Below are positions 12,818-25,813 of a stretch of 64,000 nucleotides of DNA, piece after piece; the stretch's first letter is position 1; each line of letters starts with the position of its first letter. The stretch lies in assembly GCA_964016885.1 (NCBI GenBank), contig OZ024744.1, positions 73,780,001-73,844,000 on the forward strand. Reading direction: 5' to 3'. Under the pieces are notes generated by a model that was not told where the DNA came from, searched no databases, and saw nothing but the letters and a program-made list of their open reading frames with translations. The position numbers were made by a program, and so were the translations under genes. The DNA is from Eledone cirrhosa (taxonomy: Eukaryota).

Positions 12818-12876
<59 letters not shown>

Positions 12877-13347
12877 ACCATTTACGTCTTCTCTAAACTT
12901 GCAAAATATTTTTCCCATATCAAAGCATCGAGACAGTAATCTCAGTTTTGTTTTCATTTTGTGTGTTTATTCTATTTTTTTGTTCTTTTTTTTTTAGACT
13001 AGAATATCACGTAAGAGTTTAGTAAATGAAAATTCCTATCCATCTCTAAAAGCAATCCGTTTCTCATTTTTCCGCCAATGCGATATTTTCTTCTCCAGCG
13101 AAGCAACGACTAAATGTTTTCTCACAATCCTTTAGAGTGTATTGGCACAAAAGTAGTTAGTTTGACTTTGCTTGCTTTATATTATATATAATGTAAAGAA
13201 ATGACAAAATATCTTCTCGTAACAATAACTAACAATGATATATATATATATAGAGAAAGAGAGCGAGAGAGAGGGAGATAGATAGATAGATAGATACATA
13301 TATAAACACACGCACAAACATATACATACATTCATACGTACATTATA

Positions 13348-13400
<53 letters not shown>

Positions 13401-13401
13401 G

Positions 13402-13442
<41 letters not shown>

Positions 13443-14218
13443 ACACTGTATGTATGAATGTATGTATATGCAAAAGGTAAATATAAATAAAAAAAACAAA
13501 CGACACAGTGCATTGAAGTAATATATGAATTTAACGCCTGGTGTAGTAGGAAAAATATCTTAACGTTTTGGACACTTGTCCTTCAGCAGTAGATAGATTG
13601 AGAAATAAAAGGTGAACTGGAAAGGTAGAGAGTGTGACGATGAAGGACTGTATACAGTCAACCATCTCTATACATACGTATAACCGAAGTTGAAGCCGCA
13701 CTATAGCAGATGCTCATCAAATTATGAGAGGCAGTCACGAAAGCACTCAATGATGGGAGAAATTAATACATTTTCAGCCAGTGTAAACACAAAAAGATAA
13801 TGATATGTGACACTAAGAATACGGCGACCAATAGCTTGTTGCTACAATAATGCAACATCATCGATATATATAAATATGTCGATTACTAACCTAAATCATC
13901 TCGAGAGGACCTGAATCGAACAAAATTGATAGAAACCTTTAATAGGTTTCTCGGAATGCGGGGTGATACATTCAAGCTGAATAATGTGATGCATCTTTTG
14001 ATGGAACAGGTATATCCCCTCGTCAACAGGTTTTTCGTTCCGTGGTTTCTGATTCGTTCGGTTGCTAGACAACACTGTGGCAATATACTGTTGCAGTAAA
14101 TTTGGCAGTGTGACCTTTCTTAAAAAAGAGGGAGGTCAATCGGCCGAACGTTTGGCGGGTAAATTCAAAGTGTTAACAAAGGATTTTGTGTGTGTATGTG
14201 CGATATATATATATATAT

Positions 14219-14348
<130 letters not shown>

Positions 14349-14539
14349 GAAGAATATGGTGTCAAAGGTACTCAAGATTGCGCAGTTGCTGTTGCTGATA
14401 ATGATCATGACGATGACGACGGCGACAAACACAATGTTGCTACTGCTTCCGCTGTTGCTGTCGTTGTTGCTGCTAGTGTTGCTAGTGTTGATGATGATGA
14501 TGATGAACAATAGGATATTATTAATCTGTTTGCTAACTT

Positions 14540-14717
14540 CAATAATTGTTTCTACTTTAGGCACAAGGCCAGCAAATACCCAGTGCATTACTGGTACTTT
14601 ATTTTATCGACCCCGTAAGGATGAAAGGCAAAGTCAACCTCGGCGGGATTTGAACTCAGATCGTAAAGGGACGTAACTATGCTGGAAAGCATGGCGTCCG
14701 ACTCTCTACCGATACTG
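14540..14717 (-). mobile_element. SINE S1
   Basis: Reverse complement of S1 (GGGATTTGAACTC = B-box). Confidence 0.85.
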
Positions 14718-15329
14718 AATAATAACAGCATATTGCATTAGCTTACGACCGAAAACAAATGTAAGAAACAAGCTATTAATATAACAGTTATCCCCAATTA
14801 TCTCACAAATATGAGTAGCGAATTAGTTGAGTCATGACTCATTGTGGCGTTCGATAGAATACTTCGCGCTACTCCACAAATCTCTTCCAGGTCGTATTTG
14901 CCTTTCAGTCTTGCGATAAATACTGTACCAGTCTAGTTCAATATTGGGATCAATTGTTGCTGGTTTTTGTTGTTGTCGTTCTTCTTCTTCTTCTTCTTCT
15001 TCTTCTTGCGGGTGGTGAAGGAGGTTTCCTTTTCGATTACATTTATTAAAAGGTGGATGAAACTAGCGAAAATGGCAATAGTGAATGTGTCTACTCTCAA
15101 CATGTCCCTATAGGGCATTCCTCCTTAGTGGTCAGGATAATCCTCACTCTGTGAGATTCCACGAAGACCCGTGGAATTTGCTTCTTCTTCTCTGTGTGTG
15201 TGTTTGTTCCTCAATCCCTCCCCTCTCTATTTCCATCCATCTATTTTTCTCTCTTTCTCTGAAAATTGACCATGGTTAAACCTGGAGGGAGGAGAGAAAA
15301 ACAGATGGAGAGGGGAGAAAGAAAAAAAA

Positions 15330-15409
<80 letters not shown>

Positions 15410-15880
15410 TTACTGAGGTGGGTAACGCTAGTTTTGTGCTTTTAGTTACCAAGAAACACAGTGTAACAGCGCACCTACAGCTCTATTAGGATTTATATGG
15501 CCACTGACTAGTGGTCTTTGACTTCCAATTAACACACACACAAACACATACATACACACACACATATATATATATATATAAATATATATATATACATATA
15601 TGTATATACTGAAGTAAACGTTATGTGGCAAACACAAAAGCCCTCCACCGTACGGATGCTCATGTAGAAGACCTGAAACATGTCCACTAGACCAACAGTG
15701 CAACACTCCGGCAGTGATATACCAAGAAGAGTTTACCTCCACCAACCAGAACCACCAAACTGAAGCCTGAACCTATGTTCCTATGTCCGAGAGCCGGTTT
15801 AAAAACCGGTACCTGAATCACGAAACAACATATCTGTTTTTTTTTACATCTAGAAGATGTTATTAAACTTTACAGCAGTC

Positions 15881-16040
15881 AAGAGAAAAGGGCAGCCCGC
15901 GAGCCGCATTTGGCCCGTTTGGATTTGTGAATGGCACGCCTAATTTCAAAATGTCCTTGGATTTGTCAGTAGTGTGGCCCATCTTATGATGAGCTACATC
16001 GTATGTGGACTACTACACGAAAAAGATTGCCTATGCCTCT
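15881..16040. mobile_element. Degenerate hAT (Charlie-like) MITE
   Basis: GGGCAGCCCGCGAGCCGCATTTGGCCC near one end and AAAAAGATTGCCTATGCCT at the other, as in hAT MITE subterminal motifs. Confidence 0.45.
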
Positions 16041-17879
16041 ATTACAGCTAATACATAGGGTTTTCTCTATCTTTTTAATCTTGTGTCATAAAAAGCAACG
16101 TGAAATGAAACGTGTTTCTTAAAAACGACACGTACCGTCCGATCCAGAAATTGAACCTATGACATTATGAACGTGTATCCAACACCATAACCAATAGTTC
16201 ATGCAACTTCACGTGTACTGTCTCCAGATCTCTTTTATCTGATGGAGCTCACCTCTCATTGAAAGACCTCCAGTTCAGAAATTAACCACAATGAGTCAAA
16301 CTATCTAAATATGCACCAATTGTATGTCTCAGCGACAGTTTCTAATAAGAAGCTCACCCATTGTATGGACGTATTTACAGTATGACTACTGTGGCATTTG
16401 AGAATTACAGTATTTGGTGGCTTATGAGTTACTGTTCAATTTCGATAGAGCGTTTCTTAAAATACCATTTATCCAAACCCTAACTTTGTGTTTATAAGAC
16501 ATAAGCTGATTTTCTGGGACAATTGTTTTTGAAAATAAAAGCGCTTTATTCACCATCAACTAGAGTAAATATACTTTCCCCTGAAACACAACATAGTAGG
16601 TATGTCTCGAACGCGTCGAGCGAAGTTTTGGAATTGAATTATTAGACTATATTATTTAGTCAATATTACGGCGAAGCTTCTATTTCTATTTCAATTCCAC
16701 AGCATGATATAATTATTGTAATTCATATAGTCTCATTTACTGTGAAGTTCATGACCTTTATTCTCCATTGCCGGTTAAGTGGCTACAATCCACCAGCAAA
16801 CTTCGTAAGCTACTAAAAATGTAAGCACTTATAGATTGCCCAGTTATGTGCTTTCTTGCGCTAAATGATTATTTATATCATTTCTTTTTAAGACAATAAG
16901 CATGGCATTTATGGAAGATGTGACTGATATTTCTAGTAGTTCGAACGACTACATAAATCTAGATGATTCCCTAGTCGGATGGACTTGAATACTAATGGAA
17001 CCTACATTTTCTTCATCGGTCAGCAATTTTACTAACTAGGTTCGGTGTTGCTTGATTTCAGTGTCGCATTAGACTGTCGCATTCAGCATCATCAATGGAA
17101 TATATAAAGAATATTTGGGCCGAGATGCTGACACTCCTTTTGCATGGTAAATATCGGTTCTTTTTACATTTGCGTTACAAAAAAATACTACAAAAGAAGT
17201 ATTCTCTGTATTTCTAACAATATGCTGCTACGGAGTAAACTAGTAAAAAACATTTGTCACCCTTCTGTTGACGTAGGCTTGCGTCCGTGGTAACGATTTT
17301 CTTTTCGCGATCATGAGGTCCCGGGTTTGAAACCTTGCAGTGCCATTTTGGGCTACTGCTTTTATCATAGCCTCGATTCAACCTAAGCCTTAAAAGTGAA
17401 AATGAGAAGACTGAATCTTAGTGAAAGATCATCGTAATTCAAATGGTCGCATATTTTGTCACACAGATTCGGTATGGGAATTACGCTAAGTGTACACATG
17501 TCTATGGAATATTCAACTACTTACACGTTAATTCGCGAGTTAAAGTTGAGTTGATCGAACAACTGGATGCTCATCATCGAAACCGACGGATGATCCATCA
17601 TGCTTACTTTCATTAATTCATCATAGAGAGACACACTCTGCTTATTATTTATTGTAGTCGGTTAAAAGAAGATTCATATAATACGCATTTTAGCTTTTTT
17701 TTATTTGTTATGAAATAGAGGAAAATGCGCGGTAAATATAGTAGAGAAATTTGGTTGGCTTGTTAATTATGCTGTACGGCTCACAATTGAAAGGTTGTGA
17801 ATTTTATGCATAGCGGCGCGTTGCATTCTTGAGTAAAACAATTTATTTTATGTTACGCCAATCAACAGTGCCTCTAACC

Positions 17880-20183
17880 CCTTGTAAACCCACGTTTAAT
17901 CTAAAGGATCATAAAAATAATTTCGAAACAGACCCCACAATTAGATTAATATACCCATCGAGGTCGGATATAGGTAGAATTAGCAAGTATATACTAGATA
18001 GTGTAATAGCACAAAACAAGGACAAACTAGTAATTAAGCTATGGGGTAACACTAACGAAGCAATATACTGGTTCAGCATAATAGACAGTAGGGAAACATC
18101 CAACTTCGTACAGTTTGACATTAATGACTATTACTCCTCCATCTTCCCAATCACCCTAGATAAAGCGCTAGCCTTTGCCCAGAAAAACTCGGACCTAACT
18201 GATGAAATTATAATAATACTAGCTGCTAGGATAACTATCATTAGATTCGAAAATAGTTACTGGGAACGGAAAAACAAACAGAATAGCTTCGATATCACAA
18301 TGGGTTCTAACAGCTCAACACAGGAAACAAACTTAGTGGGAATATATATAGCGCACAACTTACATAAGGAATTTAATAACCTCCAAGGAGGACTTTATAG
18401 AGACGACACGTTCCTTTTAGCTAAGAACTTAAATAATCAAAACATGGAAAAATTATGGAAAAACATCAGAGTCTTCTTCAACAAACTAGGCCTAGGTATC
18501 ACTTTCGAACTTAACTCTAAAAAAGCAAACTTCTTAGAAGTAACACTCAACTTAAACACAGGATTAATAGAGCCCTTCCATAAAAATAACGAGAATCTAG
18601 CCTACATTAGTTATAACTCAAACTACCCTCGATCCATAATTAACTCCACAGCACATAGTATATCCCTCAGAATATCCTGCCTATCTTCTAACCTAGAGAT
18701 TTTTAACGAACACGCAAACTATTATAACATAGCTTTACATAAGGCAGGACATAAGGAGGGGCTCAAATACATACCAGATAGAGACATCAACAACAAACCT
18801 AACGACAGCTACACTCCCCACACCTATAGAAATAACAAACGTAGGACTAAACATAAAATTAGACAACGAGCACCAGAAATAACTGAACCGAATACTAACA
18901 TAAGGACCCCTAGGAACTATAGAAAATCCAGAGATAGGAAATACTTATGGTTCAATCCAATATTCAACTCCTCTATAAAAACCAAACTACCTTCTACATT
19001 CTTTATGCTAATTGGCAAACACTTCCCTAAACTACACAAATACCATAGAATCTTTAACAGAAAAACTATCAAACTATCTTACTCTACTGCAGCCAACATA
19101 GAATCACACATACATAAATCAACTATAAAAGAATCTCTAAGGAAAGTAACCTACCAACATACACCATAGCACCAAATACAAAACGCAAACACATAACAAC
19201 ATCACAACCACACACAAATCAGGGTGCATCACAACAAAACATTAATAGGCCTAAATCTCAACCCACCCATAACAACATGCAAAACTGCAACGGAGGACCT
19301 GCACACAAGTAGGCCTCCAGCTGTAACTGCCCCCTACCGGATAAGTGCCCATTACAAAATAGATTCCTGGAATCAAGTATGGTGTACCTGTGTACTATAT
19401 ATTCAGGCAACTTAACATGGCACTACATAGGTTTTACGCCTGGGAGTTAAAAAAAAGATGGTACGTTCGCAGACACTCCATGAACAAGCGTAGACTTGAG
19501 AACTCTACAACGCTGGCCAATAAAATCTGGCAGCTTAAGAACACAAACCAGGAATATAGGATTAGCTGGTCAAAATTATCGGGAGCAAGGGCCTACAACA
19601 ATGGAATGTCCCACTGCGGACTTTGCAATATGGAGCTATTCCATATTTTAAGGTACGATAAAATGCTGCTTAACAGCAAAATAGAAAAATCAATTTTCTG
19701 TAGGCATAAAGCAGCTACCAAGTTCACAAATTTCAAACCACCATGATTCGACCCAGCAATCCCAAAATTCGAACTGAACCACCCGGATTTTAACGTACGG
19801 AATACATACCGCCACATTGTTATTAGCTGTCAACTAACCGACTAGTCAATAGATCATAAATCTCCTAACCTTTCTTTGACTCTCACTCCCAGAAGACACA
19901 TCAACCCCATTAAGATAAGACTTTTTTTTACTTTTTACATCTGTAACTTTTTTACCTATTTATCATTATGTTTTATTATTGATGTTATTGTTTTAATTCT
20001 ACGCTGTATCTCTATATATATCATTGGCATATGTGAGTTCTCTAGTATTCTGACGATTTGGACCGAGTGACGCAACTTCGAGTGATTAGCAGCCGCTAGA
20101 CTGAACTGATCAATGAAACAATTGTTAATACTTGAAATAAAGCCCCTTGTTGTACAGCCGACCATGTTATTCTTCAATCTTTC

Positions 20184-20187
<4 letters not shown>
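17880..20187 (+). mobile_element. Penelope-like element (RT + C-terminal GIY-YIG, WFNP/CNC..CPL type), 5'-truncated, with 3' pseudo-LTR ending at (TA)n
   Basis: ORF 17829-19169: FVQFDINDYY, ITMGS, GLYRDD, NFLEVTL, WFNP; frameshifted SCNCPLPDKCPL..MVY..HYIG; 19390-19746 C-terminus (CGLCNME..LLN..E...CRH). Confidence 0.9.
20044..20132 (+). ncRNA. Type I hammerhead-like motif in PLE pseudo-LTR
   Basis: AGTATT-CTGACGA-[long, decayed stem II]-GAAAC-AATT-GTT-AATACT; 6-bp stem I, palindromic stem III loop. Confidence 0.65.
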
Positions 20188-20253
<66 letters not shown>

Positions 20254-20499
20254 ATAAGTTTTTCGAATATTAATAATAACATTCGATTCGTTTGCAATTA
20301 TGCGAACAGGCCTCAATGTTATAGCCATGTCTGTAGCTTGAACCCTTCATTCTTGCTCTTGTGTTGGCATGTGAACAGAACTGCAGACACTAATGTGTCC
20401 GGAATGATAATGGTACTACTCCGCACACAGTGGGTTATAATGGTACCAATACAGGTGTAGGGGCGTAGGTAACAACATAGATAGCAATAATAATAGCCT

Positions 20500-21544
20500 T
20501 ACCTTGAGAACTAGAAGGGACTGTGACCGAAATTGCAACTGCCGTGACAGGGGACGCTACCCCCTTAGGGGAAACTGCCTGACTGATAGGGTTATTTATA
20601 GGTGCACTGTAACTAGCCATAATAGCGTTAAACATTATATAGGGGCTACCAAGGCCCGTTCAAAAATAGATTTCGAACACATCTCCACTCTTTCGCAAAC
20701 AAGAAACTAAGACACTCCACTTCGCTCGCGAATTACATCACAACATTAAAAGACCCAAACATCAGCTTCTCCACGCACTGGGAAATTGTCGGCTGAACAG
20801 CACCGTACAATTTCAAGAGGAAGTACGAGCTTTGCCTCATGGAGTTTTACCATATCATAACGGCACCTCACGAGCTCATCAACAGCAGAGCAGAAACGAC
20901 GATAAGCTGTACGCACCGTTTAAAAATCTCTTATTCCAGATGGAATAAGAATGAGACATGAGAACCGTAACCTTGATCACCCTGCACCATACCTTAACAC
21001 CCCGGCGGGCAGGCGCTGCAAAAAACATCCGGAAACTAACCATGCATCCCAGACCCGGCATGAATCGACTCCGGCGGGCAGGCGCAGCAAACAAACATCT
21101 GGAAACTAACTTTGCATCCCTGACCCTGCGTGAATCGACATTGGTAAAGCAGTAACCACAAAGTAATAACGGGTAAAAGTAGCCTGGGGAACACTGCTTA
21201 AACACCGGCAATACATGTTTTTTACGAAGAATGGATTGTGATGTGGACTTATCTCTAAAACCCATTATGAGTCATGTAAGGGACGCTTTTTAGTTTTTTA
21301 TGCCCTTGAGAAGCCCATTCGGGCGAAACGTACGTAGGTGCTATTTTAAATAAACATATTTTAACGATTTGTTCTCCATTACATATTTCTCCACGTGTAT
21401 CCGCTCTGCTGATTTTCTTGCCCACTAGATATTAACACTTCTAATATGTAACACTGCAGGCACAAGTACTGAGCACCTTTTGCATATGCTTTTGGCAAAT
21501 AACTACATGTATCACCTATCTCTTCTCTCTCTCGATACTTAAAG

Positions 21545-21548
<4 letters not shown>
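20500..21548 (+). mobile_element. PLE 3' fragment (GIY-YIG) plus pseudo-LTR
   Basis: CNCRDRGRYPLRGNCL..VIY..HYIG, later T/SLA..I and C.ME-like motifs; ends at (TA)n. Confidence 0.8.
21301..21341 (+). ncRNA. Minimal hammerhead, U3-A8 core variant
   Basis: TGCCC-TTGAGAA-GCCC ATTC GGGC-GAAAC-GTAC-GTA-GGTGC. Confidence 0.65.
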
Positions 21549-21594
<46 letters not shown>

Positions 21595-22570
21595 AAAATG
21601 GAACGGGAACAAAACAGAGGCAGTACGAACAAAGGTTTATTAGTTTCACGCTCTTGAGATTGGAGGGAAGACTATTGTAACCATAGTCTCAAAGAAAAGT
21701 TTTCGCACTACATGTGCAAATCAAACCCTTAACCTCTTACTACCACCTGACAAACTGCATATACTTAGACTTTCTACCCTCTTATTTTATCTAACCCCTT
21801 TAATTACCCACAATAACCAATATCTATATCCCTCCCTCCTCCTTCATTCCTTTTCTATTTCTTTTCGTTTTCTTCCTTTCTTCTCTCCCTTTTTTGCTAT
21901 CTTTTCTATTCTTCTTCCCCCCCCTCTTTATTTTTATTTTTTATATATATATTTATCTCTCTATCCCCACCCCCTCTCTCTCTCTCTCCATCCCTCCCAC
22001 TATAAACAATTTAATTCCCTACACTGTAAATCCATGACATGAAGTCTACGAATCAAAACTGATCGAGGAATCCTTCCACCTCTACCCCTCCCTCCATCTC
22101 AGTTTGTCACTCTACTTCCTAAATCTTCTACCCCTTCCTCTCTCTCTATACTTCTCCGTTTGTCAATCTACTTTCTAATTCCTATCCCCCTTCCTTTCTC
22201 TATATACTAGTAAATGCAATTCCAGAAAAAAGTTTTTCTATATATTAAGAATTTTTTAAGAGTAACTTATTCACTATTTTGAAAATTTGGACGTGAACAA
22301 CAATTATTATTGCCATGCTATGACGCATTGAGTTGCGGCCGTTGCCGTTCTGAGTTCAAATCCCGCCGAGGTTTTCATCATTACGGGATCGATAAAATAA
22401 AGTTCCATTAATGTACTGGGTTATTGCTGGCCTTGTGCCAATAGTAGAAACAATTATTGAGTGGCTGCTATTTGCAGTATAGCAATATAAGTTTGCACTT
22501 ACCAATGAAATAGTCGTAAATACCTGGATAAAATCCTTTTTTTAATGCTTACCTGTGTTTTCTCTTTTAT

Positions 22571-22622
<52 letters not shown>

Positions 22623-22643
22623 GTATATATATATATATGTATA

Positions 22644-22750
<107 letters not shown>

Positions 22751-22906
22751 GTGTATGTGTGTTTGTTTGTGTTGTATATATACATATATACATACATACA
22801 ATGAATCAGTTTTTTATCTTTATTTTTATACATTTTTTAGGTTCTATAATGGTTCCAACTCTCTCTCTCCCCCTCTCTCCCCCCTCTCTACCTCTCTCTC
22901 CCTCTT

Positions 22907-23013
<107 letters not shown>

Positions 23014-23744
23014 AAAAGAGAGGAAGGGGGAGAGATGGAAAGTGGAGTAGAATTGTTTAAAAAGAAAATATATAAAGCAGAAAGACAGAGTTCTCTACAT
23101 CCAATGAATCAGTTACATATCTTTATTTGTATGTCCACTGATAGTTCTAACTCTGTTGTGAAAAGTTTTAACGACCTTCATCTTCATTCGTCCATTCTTA
23201 TATATATATATACAAGCAGCATTTTTTTAAGCAGCATTTTATCCAAAAGGTGAATAATTGTCACCTTCTCTAGAAATGCAGCTATAGTTGGCGAAGTTGC
23301 TATTAACATATTACTCGTATCTTTTTTTTTCTCGAATCTAAGTAACACTAAATGGTAAAAAAATGAACAGAAAATAGCACAAGATTTAAACTAAGAATAG
23401 AGAATTTACTGAGTAGATTTGCTAAAGCATCTAATCCATAATTCGACTCTTCAACTTCACACCTATCATGCCAATAATCCACTCGACTCGTTTCTTTTTC
23501 ATTCCAGAACTTAAATCAACAATGCAGACCTGCCAACCCCTAAAATCCCACACAGGGACGCAAAATGGGGAGATTTTACAAAATGAATGTTATGCCTATT
23601 TTCTCAAGAGAAGAAATTTCTCACCCACCCCAAAGTGGGAGAGTTGAAAGGTCTGTCAAAGGCATAATAAGCATAATATATTTTGAGGGAGGGATATTGG
23701 ATACATGAAATTGCAAGGTTTAATATACTCTTCTACCAAAATAA

Positions 23745-23960
23745 TTATTTCTTATATAGGCACAATGCCAGCAATTTTCGGGGAGGGGAAAGTCGATTAA
23801 ATCGACCCCAGTGCGTGACTAGTACTTTATTTTATCGACCCCGTAAGGATGAAAGGCAAAGTTAACCTGGGTGGGATTTGTACTAAATCACAAAGGGCCG
23901 TAACTCTATGCTACAAAGCATGGCGTCCGACCCTCTATCGATACTGCCAATGCACCGCCC
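23745..23960 (-). mobile_element. SINE S1, long variant
   Basis: Full head (reverse of GGGCGGTG..TGGCAGTATCG), core, and GTCGATTAAATCGAC segment. Confidence 0.8.
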
Positions 23961-24347
23961 TTCTTTTCTGCCAAAATATTAGAACCATAATTGAGATTAA
24001 TAAAAGAGACGTTAACGAAGAATCAAAACTGCGGTGCAAATGTTTCAAGGCAGGTTTACTACTTGTCGGCATTTGTAGCAATATCTTTCATAATTATTAA
24101 CCCACTACACAGTCTTCCGATCGACAGAAATAATTTCTTGTCTTGCACCAGTCAGTCGTATGCCACCATAGTCGCTTGTGAGTGACTGTAGAGGAGCTGT
24201 TGTTTATAGCTTATTGAAAAGACTAACTAGAACTCAACATTACGCTTCTTCAGCTTCCCTCTCCCCATCATTCTTTCTCTCTTTCTCTCCCTCCATCTCT
24301 CTCTTTCTCTCGCTCCTTTTCTCTCGTTCTTTCTCCCCTACCTACTC

Positions 24348-24399
<52 letters not shown>

Positions 24400-24733
24400 C
24401 TCTCTCTGTTTTTCTTCTGTACACAACCACCATCTGTTTACTATGCAACCTGACCTGCAGCTGTTTAAGGTGGGGATCAACAGAAATGACCCTCCTTTTT
24501 CCGTTGCTGAATAAGAGAAATTGCATCTTATGTATGAACCTTGCCATTATCAAATCCTCAACAAAAGACGTTCTGACCATTTGAGGAAACGTCATTAAAT
24601 AAAAAGAAAACTACAGAAATAAAATAACAGGATAAACATACAAACAAAAATACACTATTGTCTATGGAGACCCGATAGTTATTAGAATATGAAAAATCTA
24701 GCTGTTTAGCATCTAATCATAGACCAGATATCA

Positions 24734-24826
<93 letters not shown>

Positions 24827-24947
24827 TGTATGTATGTATGTATGTATGTGGCTATGTATGTATGCATGTATGCATGCATGTATGTGTGTATGAATGTATG
24901 AATGTATGCATGCATGTATGTGTGTATGAATGTATGAATGTATGTAT

Positions 24948-25497
24948 GTTCTTCTGGTTTTATAATTTCACAAATTTTTATCAATAGAGAGACGGTTTCT
25001 TACATAGACACAAGACTCTCTCATTGGAATTTACACATCAACTAGGTAGATATGTATGTCTGCATGCATGTATAGATATGGATGTTATTGTAGGTGTGGA
25101 TGTATATGTTTTGAGTTGTATGTGTGCATGTGTATATGCTTTGTATCTTATATTATATGCAGTTATTAGATGCAAATTTTTTGGAATGTTTTACATATTT
25201 TTACTGTTCCATTAATGGATTGTACTTGTAATTTCCTAACTAGTTGTGTTCTTTCTGTTCCTGTGAAGCCCAGCTTCTCAAGATATGTATTGAGGCAGTT
25301 ACTAACATACTCCAGTGCCCCAATAATCACAGGAATAAATCTGAAGGTGTAATCAGGGTGGAGTATCTGCAGATTTCTCATCAGTTCTGCATAAATATTC
25401 TCCTTTTCGCTAATCTTCGATATTATATTGGCATCTGCTGGGCAGCTAACTTCCATTACTGTGCATGCCTTCTTTTCCCTGTCCCATATAATATCTG
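24948..25497 (-). mobile_element. 3' end of a third R4-like REL family embedded in (CATA)n
   Basis: DIIWDREKKACTVMEVSCP...KENIY..L....FIPVIIGAL; (TATG)n on both sides. Confidence 0.8.
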
Positions 25498-25776
25498 TAT
25501 GTATGTATGTATGTATGTATGTATGTATGTATGTATGTATGTATGTATGTATGTATGTATGTATGTATGTATGTATGTATGTATGTATGTATCCACGCAT
25601 GTATGTTCTTCAAACTTATATATATATATATAAGATTTAATATAGAAATTTCTTCTAGGACTTAAATATTCTACAATGTATTGAGTACCTTACTTACTGT
25701 CGTTAACCCCGATTGAATCCTGGACTCATATATACATACATGTATATATATATATATATATAAATATATATCTATA

Positions 25777-25807
<31 letters not shown>

Positions 25808-25813
<6 letters not shown>

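Noticed and set aside
16220-17270. Unique-looking AT-rich DNA as host exons (also 58750-59420)
   Set aside because: No ORF or convincing splice pattern visible; small exons cannot be excluded without RNA-seq
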